In this document: piece after piece, positions 11,413 to 21,739 of the stretch
How positions within the stretch are numbered: the first letter of the stretch is position 1
Layout: every line of letters starts with the position of its first letter
Assembly (NCBI GenBank): GCA_023453795.1
Contig: JAEXSP010000015.1
Location: 116,465-180,464 of the forward strand
Length of the DNA: 64,000 nucleotides
Direction: 5' to 3'
Origin: Bacillota bacterium
GTDB lineage: Bacteria > Bacillota > Clostridia > Acetivibrionales > JAEXSP01
Made by a program: the position numbers and the translations under genes
The notes under the pieces: model-generated
The model's database searches: none
What the model was told of the DNA's origin: nothing
What the model saw: only the letters and a program-made list of their open reading frames with translations

Positions 11413-11706
11413 CTATGTACCTGCCTTGGCATTATTCCATCTATTCTGTTTTGAAAGCGGGCATACAGAATCCGCAAGCTTTGCCCTTATTTGTACAAAA
11501 CATCCGCATTTGAGGCACGTCGCACCAAATTCCAGGTATTCACAATCCCTGCATTGCATTAATCGAAACTCATATACCTCGTCACTGACAAGCTTGATCT
11601 TCTTGTTCACTGTCAGCCTCTCAATTGCAGCATTTATCTGTTCCTGAGCTATATTTCTTTTTGTATCCACGTTTCCCATACAACTTTTACATTTTGATTC
11701 CGGCAT
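11413..11706 (-). CDS. small Cys-rich (zinc-ribbon-like) protein of unknown function
   Basis: 97 aa with CxxC pairs 'CKSC', 'CRDC' and 'CLKCGC', plus a terminal 'CP'. Its stop codon abuts the start of the downstream kinase gene. Confidence 0.55.
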   Translation of the reverse strand: MPESKCKSCMGNVDTKRNIAQEQINAAIERLTVNKKIKLVSDEVYEFRLMQCRDCEYLEFGATCLKCGCFVQIRAKLADSVCPLSKQNRWNNAKAGT

Positions 11707-11729
11707 GATTCTTCACCATAAAAGCAGAA

Positions 11730-13208
11730 TTATTCAATTTCCAGTAATACTACTGACTTTGAAGGTATTTTACATACAGCATGATTTTCTTGTAATTGTG
11801 CATTATTAAACGAATCTATTTTTACACAACTGCTGTCTTCGAAGGTATTCATGGAGTTCATTTCTCCTGCCGTCAAAACCTTTCCGCTGATGCTCTTTAC
11901 CGCTGTTCCTCTTATATCAATGTCAACTTCCGTATCCTGTGAAGGATTCAGATTACAAATAGAAACATGTATTTTCCCTTCATTATCCATTGAAGATGAC
12001 ACACTGATTCCGGGAATCTTTTCCCCGTTATAAACATATTCCGTATTTTCAAAATCAACTGCCAAAAGCTGTGCATCCTGATGCACTTTATACATGTCAA
12101 ACACATGATATGTCGGCGTTAAAAGCATTTTGTCACCTTCGGTCAAAATTACTGCCTGAAGAACATTGACCATCTGGGCTATATTTGCCATTTGAACTCT
12201 ATCACAGTGGTTATTGAAAATATTCAGGTTGATACCTGTTATTAAGGCATCCCTCAATGTATTTTGCTGATAAAGGAAGCCTGGGTTCGTACCCGGTTCC
12301 ACATCATACCATGCGCCCCATTCATCGACAATCAAACCGACCTTTTTTTCCGGGTCATATTTATCCATGACGGTACTGTGCCTGGTGACCAGTTCTTCCA
12401 TAAACAGCGTTTGCTTGAGTGTTTTGAACCATTCCTCTTCGTCAAATTCCGTAGACGAGCCTTTCTTGTCCCATACTCCGGTTGGCAATGTATAATAATG
12501 CAGGCTTAGCCCATGCAATAATTGTCCGGCTTCCTTCATCAGCACCTCGGTCCACCTGTAGTTATCTCCATTCGGGCCGCATGCAATCTTATAGATAATG
12601 TTTTCTCCAAAGTTACGTACATAGGTCGCATATCTTTTATATGTGTCAGCATAATATTCCGGTCTCATATTTCCACCGCAGCCCCAGTTTTCATTTCCAA
12701 TGCCGAAGTACTTGAGCCTCCAGGGCTCTTCTTTACCATTGGCCCTTCTCAAGTCAGCCATAGGAGATTTCCCATCAAAGGTTATATATTCAACCCACTG
12801 CTGCATTTCCTGCACCGTACCGCTCCCGAGGTTGCCGCAGATATAGGGTTCTGCACCGATCATCTCACAAAACGCCATAAATTCATGGGTGCCAAAATGA
12901 TTATTTTCAACAATTCCGCCCCAATGAGTATTTATCATACATGGCCTGTTCTCTTTGGCTCCAATTCCATCCATCCAATGGTATTCATCGGCAAAACACC
13001 CGCCCGGCCATCTCAAAACAGGTACATTGAGTTTTTTAAGAGCTTCAACGACATCGGTACGATATCCTTTGATGTTTGGAATATCAGAAGCCTCTCCAAC
13101 CCATATTCCCTCGTATATACATCTCCCCAGATGTTCGGAGAAGTGGCCGTATATATTTTTGTTTATTTTTCCTTTTTTAATATCCGCATTCAGTACCATT
13201 TTCAACAT
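11730..13208 (-). CDS. abfA: alpha-L-arabinofuranosidase, glycoside hydrolase family 51
   Basis: 492 aa with no signal peptide. Family hallmarks are '[16 protein letters not shown]', '[14 protein letters not shown]' and '[11 protein letters not shown]'. Confidence 0.85.
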   Translation of the reverse strand: MLKMVLNADIKKGKINKNIYGHFSEHLGRCIYEGIWVGEASDIPNIKGYRTDVVEALKKLNVPVLRWPGGCFADEYHWMDGIGAKENRPCMINTHWGGIVENNHFGTHEFMAFCEMIGAEPYICGNLGSGTVQEMQQWVEYITFDGKSPMADLRRANGKEEPWRLKYFGIGNENWGCGGNMRPEYYADTYKRYATYVRNFGENIIYKIACGPNGDNYRWTEVLMKEAGQLLHGLSLHYYTLPTGVWDKKGSSTEFDEEEWFKTLKQTLFMEELVTRHSTVMDKYDPEKKVGLIVDEWGAWYDVEPGTNPGFLYQQNTLRDALITGINLNIFNNHCDRVQMANIAQMVNVLQAVILTEGDKMLLTPTYHVFDMYKVHQDAQLLAVDFENTEYVYNGEKIPGISVSSSMDNEGKIHVSICNLNPSQDTEVDIDIRGTAVKSISGKVLTAGEMNSMNTFEDSSCVKIDSFNNAQLQENHAVCKIPSKSVVLLEIE

Positions 13209-13266
13209 TTGAAAGGCCTCCTTATTTTATTTAAATTCATTAATGTCAGTTTATGGTCATTGTTGA

Positions 13267-13686
13267 TCATACCACTCTGTATATCTTAATATCCAGTCCG
13301 GTCTCTGTCGGTATTCCTTCTCCAATGAGTATAGCTTTGCTTAGAAACTCCAATGCTTTGCTGTTTGTTATTATTCCGGGATACGTTCTGAATAATATAT
13401 CCTTTGTTTTATTATATATTTTACCATTATTCTCTATAAAAATCATGCAGTCTTCTCCTGAATAATCCTTACCCTCAAGCATGTACCTTGCGGATAAAGT
13501 ATGACTGTCACCATGCTTTCCTATGATTTGTGTATCATATCCTCCGGGAAGCACCCTTCCTTCAAAGTACTTCCCTGTAACCTCACCTGTAAATGGAATC
13601 ATAACAACCGTATCTCCATAATCGTTATTTAACGTAATCGGTTCCTCCGGTTTTACATGTACAGTGAATACTTCCTCAAATCTCAA
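13267..13686 (-). CDS. DUF3237 (UPF0311)-like small beta-barrel protein
   Basis: 139 aa. 'IPFTGEVTGKYFEGRVLPGGYDTQ' resembles the conserved DUF3237 core. Confidence 0.6.
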   Translation of the reverse strand: MRFEEVFTVHVKPEEPITLNNDYGDTVVMIPFTGEVTGKYFEGRVLPGGYDTQIIGKHGDSHTLSARYMLEGKDYSGEDCMIFIENNGKIYNKTKDILFRTYPGIITNSKALEFLSKAILIGEGIPTETGLDIKIYRVV

Positions 13687-13714
13687 ATCATTTCACCTCT
13701 TGATTCTAATTCTG

Positions 13715-14878
13715 CTATTCCAAACACCCGTTAGCGACGGCTCTTACCCTCAGATGATGGTACTCCTCCATATTCGGATCCATCTGATGCATATAGACTA
13801 CAGAAGAGCCTTCATGGGGGTCTATGGATACATACGTGCCTAACATTCCTGTCCATCCGAATTCTCCAACGGTTCCGTTTGAATGTCCGTCTGCGGTACT
13901 CATCAAGGTCCTGACTCCCAAACCATACCCATAGCCGGCCAGATATGAATTGGTAAAAGCCTTCAACTGGTCACTGTTCAGATGATTTGTCCGCATCAGG
14001 TCAATGGTTTTTCTTCCTATAATTCTTCCCCCATTATAACTTCCGGCGTTAGCCAGCATCTGTGAGAATATAAGATAATCTTTGACGGTCGAGTACAGTC
14101 CGGCGCCTCCTGCTTCATAAAGTGCATCGGGCTCATGAAATTCGTCAAATAGACCGGGAACCTTTTTCAATCCCCCGCTTTCATCCATCCTGTAATAGGA
14201 CGCCATCCTTGATTCAATTCCGTCCCGGTATCGGTAACCGGTATCATTCATGCCAAGGGGGCCGAATATTTCGTCCTGTAAAAATTGTCCCACGGTTTGA
14301 CCCGAAATTATCTGTATCAAACCCGCTATAATATCGTGTCCGTAACCGTAAAGCCAATGGGTGCCGGGATCAAATTCAACCGGAACGCTGCCCATTGCTT
14401 TAACCTCAGTCACAATGTCAAATTTCCCATATTTTTTCCGCAGTTCATCCTTAATCCGTAACATCTCTCCGGCTGTCGGCGAATCCCCGGAGTCATAGGG
14501 CAAACCGACGGACATAGTGAACGCATCCTTGATAAGCATGGGATTTTTGGATTTCCTAACATTATATGAGCCGTCTTGTTCTTTAACAAAGACTTTAGTA
14601 TCCCTGTATTCGGGCAAATATTCGTAAATCGGTTCGTTTAACAGAAATTTCCCCCTTTCAAACAGCATCATAGCTGCAGTACAGATAACTACCTTCGTCA
14701 TGGAAAACAGACGGTAGACTGTATCTTCCGTAACCGGCCTTTGCTCCTCCAGGTCTGCACACCCGAAATACCCCTGATACAAGGTTTTTCCACCTTTAGC
14801 TACAGCACAGCCGCATCCGGGTGTACCGTTTTTCACAAACTGTTTCAATAATGCTGAAAGATCTTCAAACCCGGCCAT
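13715..14878 (-). CDS. serine hydrolase, class C beta-lactamase/esterase fold
   Basis: S-x-x-K nucleophile motif 'FSMTKVV'. About 390 aa with no signal peptide. Confidence 0.8.
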   Translation of the reverse strand: MAGFEDLSALLKQFVKNGTPGCGCAVAKGGKTLYQGYFGCADLEEQRPVTEDTVYRLFSMTKVVICTAAMMLFERGKFLLNEPIYEYLPEYRDTKVFVKEQDGSYNVRKSKNPMLIKDAFTMSVGLPYDSGDSPTAGEMLRIKDELRKKYGKFDIVTEVKAMGSVPVEFDPGTHWLYGYGHDIIAGLIQIISGQTVGQFLQDEIFGPLGMNDTGYRYRDGIESRMASYYRMDESGGLKKVPGLFDEFHEPDALYEAGGAGLYSTVKDYLIFSQMLANAGSYNGGRIIGRKTIDLMRTNHLNSDQLKAFTNSYLAGYGYGLGVRTLMSTADGHSNGTVGEFGWTGMLGTYVSIDPHEGSSVVYMHQMDPNMEEYHHLRVRAVANGCLE

Positions 14879-14914
14879 ATTACATGCCTCCTTTTCTAAT
14901 TAATCGCAAAAGAT

Positions 14915-16336
14915 TTATTCCAGTGTAAAAGAGGCAAGACTTGCACTTCCCTCGCCCGTATACATAAAGTACAATGCCTTTATACCATCCGGAACAGCAA
15001 TATCAGCAGAATACTCCGTCCATATATTCGTAAAATCAACGGGTATCCTTCCGAGTGCCATACCATCCCAAGAGGTTTTTACCAGGAATGCACCGCGGCA
15101 GTATCCACGCACCTTGATTTTGACTCTTTTTACCCCCAAACAATTAAAGTATTTGAATCCCGCTGCTGCACCGTCTGTCATATTGGCAATAAAGCCGGAT
15201 TCTTCATCCCCATCTTTTCCATCCTGAGTTATCTTCGGAAAACGACTGTCCATCCATGCTCCGGGAGCACCGGAATACTTCTCCTCATCCTTGCAAAACA
15301 AATTACATGCGATATAGGCCGGATACTCGCCTCTCCCGGCAAGCGCTTCCCCATTGGAACCGCAGGATGTCATCTCTACCTGGGTAATAGTGCCGTCTTT
15401 CCGGAATTCAATCTTTTCTATGCAGCCCTGCCGGCAGAAATGTGTTCCATTGGTATGCCTGTGATAAAAGATGTACCATTTTCCGTTAACTTCAACAATG
15501 CTTCCATGATTATTACCCCCGTAATACATAGGCTTATGGGCAGGTTTGTAAGAATCAATATGCAAATCATTATTACTGACAATTACTCCTCTGTATTTAA
15601 AATCTTTTGTTGGACATTCGCTGGTAGCATAACACAGTTCATGCATTACAATCGAAGAATAAATAAAATAATAGGTGTCTCCTTTCTTTCTTATGGAAGG
15701 AGCCTCAAAAAACTCATGTCCCTCAAACCCGCTGCCCTTGCTGTACGGTTCGCTCGGTGCAATAAATACCGGTTCTTCCGTAATGGTTAGCATATCAGGC
15801 CCAACCACCGTTACCATGGGACCTTTCCTTGATTTGTCACCGATACTGCAAAAGCCGGTATATAAATATGTTCTATCTCCCTCTGTCAGTACTCCCGGGT
15901 CAAACTGGGGCTGATCGCCCTCTCTCTCACCCAGACGTGTCCCATCAGAATAATGTACATATCCGTAGAATTCATACTTTCCTGCAGGGCTGTCACATAC
16001 AGCTGCCGATACAATCGAGACCTTGTCAAGAACATAGTACAAATAGTACCTTCCATCCGGTCCGACCGTGACATCCGGCGCATAAAGGCACATGCTGCCG
16101 TCGGGATTAAGCGGATCGTCTGTTTTATTGTAAATTGTACCTTCAAAGCGCCAGTCAGCCAGATCTTCAACCGGTGCAGACCAGCATACATAATCGTTTA
16201 AGCAAAATACATGCCCGTTAAATCGGTCATGTGAGCCATAAACATATACTCTGTTGTTAAAAACATACGGCTCTCCATCGGGTATATATTCCCAGGACGG
16301 CAAATATGGGTTGAATCCTTGCTTTTTCAATGTCAT
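14915..16336 (-). CDS. glycoside hydrolase family 43 (beta-xylosidase/arabinofuranosidase type) with C-terminal beta-sandwich module
   Basis: 'NPYLPSWEYIPDGEPYVFNNRVYVYGSHD' is a typical GH43 N-terminus. AAGGAG lies upstream of the ATG at 16336. The track ORF starts at 16360. Confidence 0.8.
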   Translation of the reverse strand: MTLKKQGFNPYLPSWEYIPDGEPYVFNNRVYVYGSHDRFNGHVFCLNDYVCWSAPVEDLADWRFEGTIYNKTDDPLNPDGSMCLYAPDVTVGPDGRYYLYYVLDKVSIVSAAVCDSPAGKYEFYGYVHYSDGTRLGEREGDQPQFDPGVLTEGDRTYLYTGFCSIGDKSRKGPMVTVVGPDMLTITEEPVFIAPSEPYSKGSGFEGHEFFEAPSIRKKGDTYYFIYSSIVMHELCYATSECPTKDFKYRGVIVSNNDLHIDSYKPAHKPMYYGGNNHGSIVEVNGKWYIFYHRHTNGTHFCRQGCIEKIEFRKDGTITQVEMTSCGSNGEALAGRGEYPAYIACNLFCKDEEKYSGAPGAWMDSRFPKITQDGKDGDEESGFIANMTDGAAAGFKYFNCLGVKRVKIKVRGYCRGAFLVKTSWDGMALGRIPVDFTNIWTEYSADIAVPDGIKALYFMYTGEGSASLASFTLE

Positions 16337-16489
16337 TGCACTTACTCCTTTTCCAAGCACCTGTTTTAGATATTAATAAAATCTCAAGGACATCGAGTCC
16401 CTGAGATTTTGAACACATGCCCCGGCATGTTTCACTAAAAAGAGTGCAATGAAAATCGCTTTCCACTGCACCCTTTTCACTTATATTGC

Positions 16490-18016
16490 TTATTTAACTG
16501 TAGCCTCAAAAGCATCTACAGACTTCTGGCAATCAGCAATAACCCTGTTGATGCCCGCTGCTTCAAGCGATTTCTTAACCTTCGGATAGTATGTATCATA
16601 GTCTACCAGACCTTCAGACATCGGTTGTACCTGATTCTGTCCTATTGGAGCAAGTGCAGCTACTTCCGATTTTACATTGCTTGAGTCGTAAGTCCATCCG
16701 ACAATTTTCATAGGCTTTGCAGAATCATTGAATTCCTGCATCTTCTGCCACTTATCCGGGCTCTCGCTTGCCCACAGGTAATCGAGGAACTGGCTTCCGC
16801 CCATTGCCCACTGTGCAAGACCGTAGTATCCTGAGTTGTCCGCATTAACTCCGTCTGCAAAGTCTATCTGATTCTTACCGATCTTCTTGTAATGCTTGCC
16901 TTCAATACCCCAGTCAAGAAGATTCTTGAGCTCTTTATCAGTAAACAGCAGATTAATAAACATCATTGCCCTTGCAGGATCATCTGAGGTACTCGGAATG
17001 ACCAACTGCGAGTTTGTCAGATCAGGTGTGGTTTCATAATACTGAATGTCTTTCCAAGCATTTGCCTGTACCAAATCGTATCCGTATTGAGCCTTTAGCT
17101 CATCTGCCTTACCAGGTTTCAGCTGTTCTGTCCATGCAAATACTTTCTGGGCCTTCTTCATCGGAGTTCCATCCTGAAGAGTAGCTACGTCCTTGTTGAT
17201 ATAACCTTTCTTATACCAACTGCGGGACAATTTAAATATTCTTTTTGCAACATCTGTTTCCAGTACATTGCATATCGTTACATGTCCATCTGTTTTTTGA
17301 TATCCGACGGGTACATCGACAGACCCTACATTAATCTGAAAATCCTGTACCAAATATGCTTGCTGGTCACCCTTTGTAGACAGGAACGGTATGATACCGG
17401 GTTCCTTTTCCTTGATTGTCTTAAGCCAGGGTTCGATATCTTCCGGCTTTGAAATCGTGTTTATATCAAAACCGTATTTGTCTATGAGTTTCTTATTAAA
17501 TATAAATCCACCGGTACCAAACATATCCTTTGCTGTAGGAATAGCATAGAGCTTTCCGTTTACAATCGGGCCCTTCAAATATGCAGGTGGTATATTGGCA
17601 ACAATATCCTTTCCGTATTCTGCAAGGAGATCATCCAACGGCAGCCATGCCTTCTTGGCTACATAGTCATTGAAACCCCACCAGCTTGGAGAGAACATTA
17701 TATCTATCTTTTTATTGGAAGCTACTTCCAGCTGCTGCTTCGTCTGATAGTTGTCCCACCAGAAATAATTCAACTTGATAGTCGCATTAATCTTCTTCTT
17801 TAAAATCTTGTTTACTTTTTCCTGCACCAGTTTCAAATCCTTACACTGCGGAGCAAGAAAATATGCATTGATTTCATACGGCTTCAACTTTGCTGCTTTA
17901 TCAGCCGAAGTACTGTCTGAGGTTTCTGTGTCGGATGACCCACACCCTGACAGCATGAAACTGAATACAAAAGTGATTGAGAAAATGATACATCCAAACC
18001 TTTTGATTTTGAGCAT
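16490..18016 (-). CDS. ABC transporter extracellular solute-binding lipoprotein (large LplA-like type)
   Basis: Lipoprotein signal 'FSFMLSGCGSS'. AGGAGG lies upstream of the ATG at 18016. Adjacent to two sugar permease genes. Confidence 0.8.
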   Translation of the reverse strand: MLKIKRFGCIIFSITFVFSFMLSGCGSSDTETSDSTSADKAAKLKPYEINAYFLAPQCKDLKLVQEKVNKILKKKINATIKLNYFWWDNYQTKQQLEVASNKKIDIMFSPSWWGFNDYVAKKAWLPLDDLLAEYGKDIVANIPPAYLKGPIVNGKLYAIPTAKDMFGTGGFIFNKKLIDKYGFDINTISKPEDIEPWLKTIKEKEPGIIPFLSTKGDQQAYLVQDFQINVGSVDVPVGYQKTDGHVTICNVLETDVAKRIFKLSRSWYKKGYINKDVATLQDGTPMKKAQKVFAWTEQLKPGKADELKAQYGYDLVQANAWKDIQYYETTPDLTNSQLVIPSTSDDPARAMMFINLLFTDKELKNLLDWGIEGKHYKKIGKNQIDFADGVNADNSGYYGLAQWAMGGSQFLDYLWASESPDKWQKMQEFNDSAKPMKIVGWTYDSSNVKSEVAALAPIGQNQVQPMSEGLVDYDTYYPKVKKSLEAAGINRVIADCQKSVDAFEATVK

Positions 18017-18090
18017 TTTTTTAACCCTCCTAATTATTTTGTATATATTGACCAGCAGTAACAGAATCCAAGCTTCCGTCCAAGCTGTAA

Positions 18091-19053
18091 TCAACCTTTA
18101 ACAGCACCAATAGTCAGACCCTTGATAAAATATCTTTGGAAAAAGGGATAAGCGAAAACAATCGGACCAACGCCAATAATCGCCATAGCCATACGCAGCG
18201 TCTCTCCCGGAACTTTAGCCAATGAACTGGACGTATTCCCCGAAGCTGACGCCAGTGAAGATGTCAGGAACTGCAGGGAGCGTAGTGCTTGATACATTGA
18301 GTATTGAAGATTATAGAATCTTGAATCATTTATGTATAGCAGACAGAGATACCAGTCATTCCAATAGTTCAGAGCCGAAAATAACGCGATTGTAGCAATA
18401 ACCGGCTTGGACATCGGAATAACAATAGTGTAGAATATCCTGAATTCACTGGCTCCATCAATTCTGGCGGCTTCCAGTACGGAATCGGGTATATTGATTG
18501 TAAAAAAGGTCTTGGTAATCAGAACGTAAAATGCATTCATAATGGCCGGTACGATCAAAGCCGCAATATTGTCCTGCATATGCAGATATTTTGTATACAG
18601 GATATACCATGGCACAAGTCCTCCCTGAAAAAGCATGGTAAAGAACATGAAGAAGGCGAAAAAGTTCCTATATTTAAAAGATTTTCTGGAAATCGGGTAA
18701 GCATATAACATAGTAAACAATACACAAAAGAAGGTACCGACAACACATACAAATATTGTGATTGCATAAGACCTGAACAATTTCAGCGGATCATTGAACA
18801 AAAACCGGTATGCGTCCATACTGATTTTGCTTGGAAAAAATGTGTAACCTTTGTCTACAAGTGATATCTGATCAGTAATTGAGACCATAAATACCAAAAT
18901 CAATGGAGCTATACAGACAATGCAATAAGTAATAAATATGGCATTGATCACAATATTGGTAGAAGTTGATATGGAATTTGGTTTAAAAGATTTGTTTTTG
19001 GTCTTTATATTTTCTGTCTTTATGTTTTCTACACTTAAATTTTCAGTATTCAT
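18091..19053 (-). CDS. carbohydrate ABC transporter permease
   Basis: Six TM segments with the EAA-type loop 'EAARIDGASEFRIFYTIVIP'. Confidence 0.85.
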   Translation of the reverse strand: MNTENLSVENIKTENIKTKNKSFKPNSISTSTNIVINAIFITYCIVCIAPLILVFMVSITDQISLVDKGYTFFPSKISMDAYRFLFNDPLKLFRSYAITIFVCVVGTFFCVLFTMLYAYPISRKSFKYRNFFAFFMFFTMLFQGGLVPWYILYTKYLHMQDNIAALIVPAIMNAFYVLITKTFFTINIPDSVLEAARIDGASEFRIFYTIVIPMSKPVIATIALFSALNYWNDWYLCLLYINDSRFYNLQYSMYQALRSLQFLTSSLASASGNTSSSLAKVPGETLRMAMAIIGVGPIVFAYPFFQRYFIKGLTIGAVKG

Positions 19054-19086
19054 AATTTCCTCCCCGGTTTTATGATTGCTATTCTA

Positions 19087-20067
19087 TTAAAATATCTTAT
19101 TTTCCTTACTGATTTTGCCTACAGCAAAGTTTGCTGCAACAACAGTAAAGAATCCCACAACAGACTGATATAATCCTGCAGCTGAAGACATACCCAGATC
19201 TCCGCTCATTGTCAATGCTTTATATATGTAGGTATCGAGAACTTCAGTCGTAGGTGCCAAAAGGCCCTGCTGCATCGGCACCTGATAAAACAGTCCGAAA
19301 TCAGCCCGGAAGATATTGCCGAGGTTAATTATGGTAGTTACAATCATAAAGGGAATCAAAAAAGGAATTGTGATGTACCTTATCTGCTGCAATTTGCTTG
19401 CGCCGTCCAATACTGCGGCTTCATAGTATTCCTGGTCAATTCCTGCAATTCCGGCCAGGTAGATAACTATGCCGTAGCCGACATTTTTCCACAGGTTTAC
19501 GATGATCAGAATAAATGGCCAATACTCTGGCGAAGAATACCACTCTAAGGGTTTTAAGCTGAATGCGTGAGCCAGGGTCCTATTATAAAATCCGTTCGGA
19601 TCCAAGACCGCCAGTACCAGATACGCTATGACTACCCATGAAAGGAAGTAAGGTAAAAATATTACAGATTGATAAAACTTGGATGCAAGCTTACTTCTCA
19701 ATTCATTAAGAGCTAAAGCGGCTAAAACCGCAAAAATCAAACCAACTACAATGAAAGCCAAATTATATAAGATAGTATTCCGGGTAATCTGCCATGCTGT
19801 ATTGGACAAGAATAGAAATTCGAAATTTTTAAGTCCGGACCATGGACTGTTTAAGAATCCATCCTCATAATTAAAATTCTTAAAAGCAATGATAACACCA
19901 AACATAGGCAAATAGTAGTTGATAAATACCAGAATGAATGGAGGCAGCAGCATCAAAAACATTGCTTTGTTGGTTGCCAATTCCTTAAAAAAACCATTTT
20001 GTTTCCAAAAGCTCTTTTTTTTAAAAACAGGATTTAAATTTGGCGTAACGTTCGTTTCTGTTGTCAT
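19087..20067 (-). CDS. carbohydrate ABC transporter permease
   Basis: Multi-TM protein with the EAA-type loop 'EAAVLDGASKLQQIRYITIP'. Confidence 0.85.
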   Translation of the reverse strand: MTTETNVTPNLNPVFKKKSFWKQNGFFKELATNKAMFLMLLPPFILVFINYYLPMFGVIIAFKNFNYEDGFLNSPWSGLKNFEFLFLSNTAWQITRNTILYNLAFIVVGLIFAVLAALALNELRSKLASKFYQSVIFLPYFLSWVVIAYLVLAVLDPNGFYNRTLAHAFSLKPLEWYSSPEYWPFILIIVNLWKNVGYGIVIYLAGIAGIDQEYYEAAVLDGASKLQQIRYITIPFLIPFMIVTTIINLGNIFRADFGLFYQVPMQQGLLAPTTEVLDTYIYKALTMSGDLGMSSAAGLYQSVVGFFTVVAANFAVGKISKENKIF

Positions 20068-20097
20068 TACTTATTCCCCTAACATATAGTTTTTTGA

Positions 20098-21402
20098 TTA
20101 ATCCATACCCCTAAGTTGTGCCATCCTTTTTGTAAACTCTTCGGAACTTAGTCTCTTGTCAAATAATTCTGCCACAAGCTCTTTGTGCTTTTCTGCATCC
20201 GCAGCCGGCAGAATAGTATCCCACCAGCTAATGAAAGATGTTCCTGTTTCCATTAACTGCGTTGTTTGTTTTATAAGAGATGATACCTGGAATTTATCGA
20301 AGCCATCCATTTTCCAGCACGGCAGCCCCGCTCCGCTCAAATAGCCTTCCTTTCCCGACTTTTCACTAATAAATTCAAGCACCTTTACTGCATCCTGCTT
20401 GTACTGGGTATTCGCATTAATAAAATAGCCATCTGTAATCCCGCCATAAAATTCTTTAAGTGTACCTTTACCATCCCCTATTGTCGGGAATGGGACGGTA
20501 ATTACCTTTCCTTTTACCTTTGAGTTAATAGCCTCAATATCCGATTCAATAAAATTTCCCTGGTAAATCATCGCAGCATTACCACGGACAAATTCATTAA
20601 CCATATCTTTAAAGCTTGTATTAAGAGCATCACTATTAAATGCTTTATTCTCAACCAATTGTAGAAGTTTATCCGCGGCTTTCTTATAATCCTGCCCATC
20701 GAACAGCAGCGGCACCTTTAGTGCACTCCGGCATGCAGAAATTCCTGCCTGACGCATAGCCAAAATATCATACCAATACATGCCCGGCCACCGATCCTTC
20801 TCGCCTACAACAATAGGAACAATACCTTCGGACCGCAATTTTTTCACCGACTCCAGCAATTCGTCATAGGTCGCAGGAATTTTGGCTCCTGCTTTATTAA
20901 ACAAATCTGCATTGCAATATAAGTTAGCTATGAATCTATATGTAGGCAGGCTGTATATCTCTCCGTTATATTTGCACGAATCTATTACGCCGGGAGTCAA
21001 TTTGTCCAGGGTTTCATTATTCAGATATGAATCAAGAGGAAGAATATTTCCTTCATCAATAAATGGCCCCACAAAACTTCCGCTCCACATGTAAAATATA
21101 TCAGGAGCGTCACCTGCAGCTAAGGCAGTCTTTATTTTCGACTTGTACTGTTCTCCGTTCCAGCTGAACTCAGTTACTTGAATTTGCGGATTTTTACGAT
21201 TCCACTCCCTGATTGCGTTTTCAAGGGGATTTGTAACTGTTGAGGAATTATCCACCCATTGGTTCCACAATTTCAATATCTTGGGTTCAGGCTTCTCCTT
21301 TTCCAATTGAATTGTATCTGACAGAATACTGCATGTAGTAAGGCTAAGCAGTAAAATTATCAAATTAACTGATAACAATATTCTTTTTTTGATTTCAGTC
21401 AT
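20098..21402 (-). CDS. ABC transporter extracellular sugar-binding lipoprotein (family 1)
   Basis: N-terminal signal with Cys ('LLLSLTTCS'). About 430 aa, first gene of the transporter operon. Confidence 0.8.
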   Translation of the reverse strand: MTEIKKRILLSVNLIILLLSLTTCSILSDTIQLEKEKPEPKILKLWNQWVDNSSTVTNPLENAIREWNRKNPQIQVTEFSWNGEQYKSKIKTALAAGDAPDIFYMWSGSFVGPFIDEGNILPLDSYLNNETLDKLTPGVIDSCKYNGEIYSLPTYRFIANLYCNADLFNKAGAKIPATYDELLESVKKLRSEGIVPIVVGEKDRWPGMYWYDILAMRQAGISACRSALKVPLLFDGQDYKKAADKLLQLVENKAFNSDALNTSFKDMVNEFVRGNAAMIYQGNFIESDIEAINSKVKGKVITVPFPTIGDGKGTLKEFYGGITDGYFINANTQYKQDAVKVLEFISEKSGKEGYLSGAGLPCWKMDGFDKFQVSSLIKQTTQLMETGTSFISWWDTILPAADAEKHKELVAELFDKRLSSEEFTKRMAQLRGMD

Positions 21403-21739
21403 GCCATGAACTCCTCAAATGGATTTCATTCGCCTTTTGCAATAATTATACATACTTACAACTTAATTCAAAATTAAAATTTTGCTTAAAATATTTAAAA
21501 TATTATCTAATGTTTATAAAATTTTCCTGATGAATATTAAAGAGTGGCTATATTTGCATTTTATGATGTAGGTAATTACCCGTTCCGACTCAGTTCAACA
21601 TAAGAGAAATGGGAAAAAGTGTTTACTTCACATTTTCGCAGTAAAATCGGAAGTCGCTTATAAGCATTAATTGTCTAAATTGTATAATAAATAAATTTGT
21701 GATATATTTAAAATAAAATTGCTATTTCTGGGGGAAATT

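Noticed and set aside
8790-11477. Longer N-terminal extension of the second PBP1-kinase (track ORF start at 11477).
   Set aside because: The extension overlaps the upstream Cys-rich ORF and has no counterpart in the paralog. The ATG at 11411 aligns with the paralog start and is translationally coupled.
12522-13289. 255-aa plus-strand ORF, and other ORFs of 60-170 aa antisense to long genes (for example 3530..3934, 7749..8144, 10436..10864, 23734..24234, 27336..27743, 42467..42949, 45482..45949 and 57447..57959).
   Set aside because: All are antisense to or nested inside genes with clear family motifs. They have hydrophobic or low-complexity translations typical of AT-rich shadow frames.
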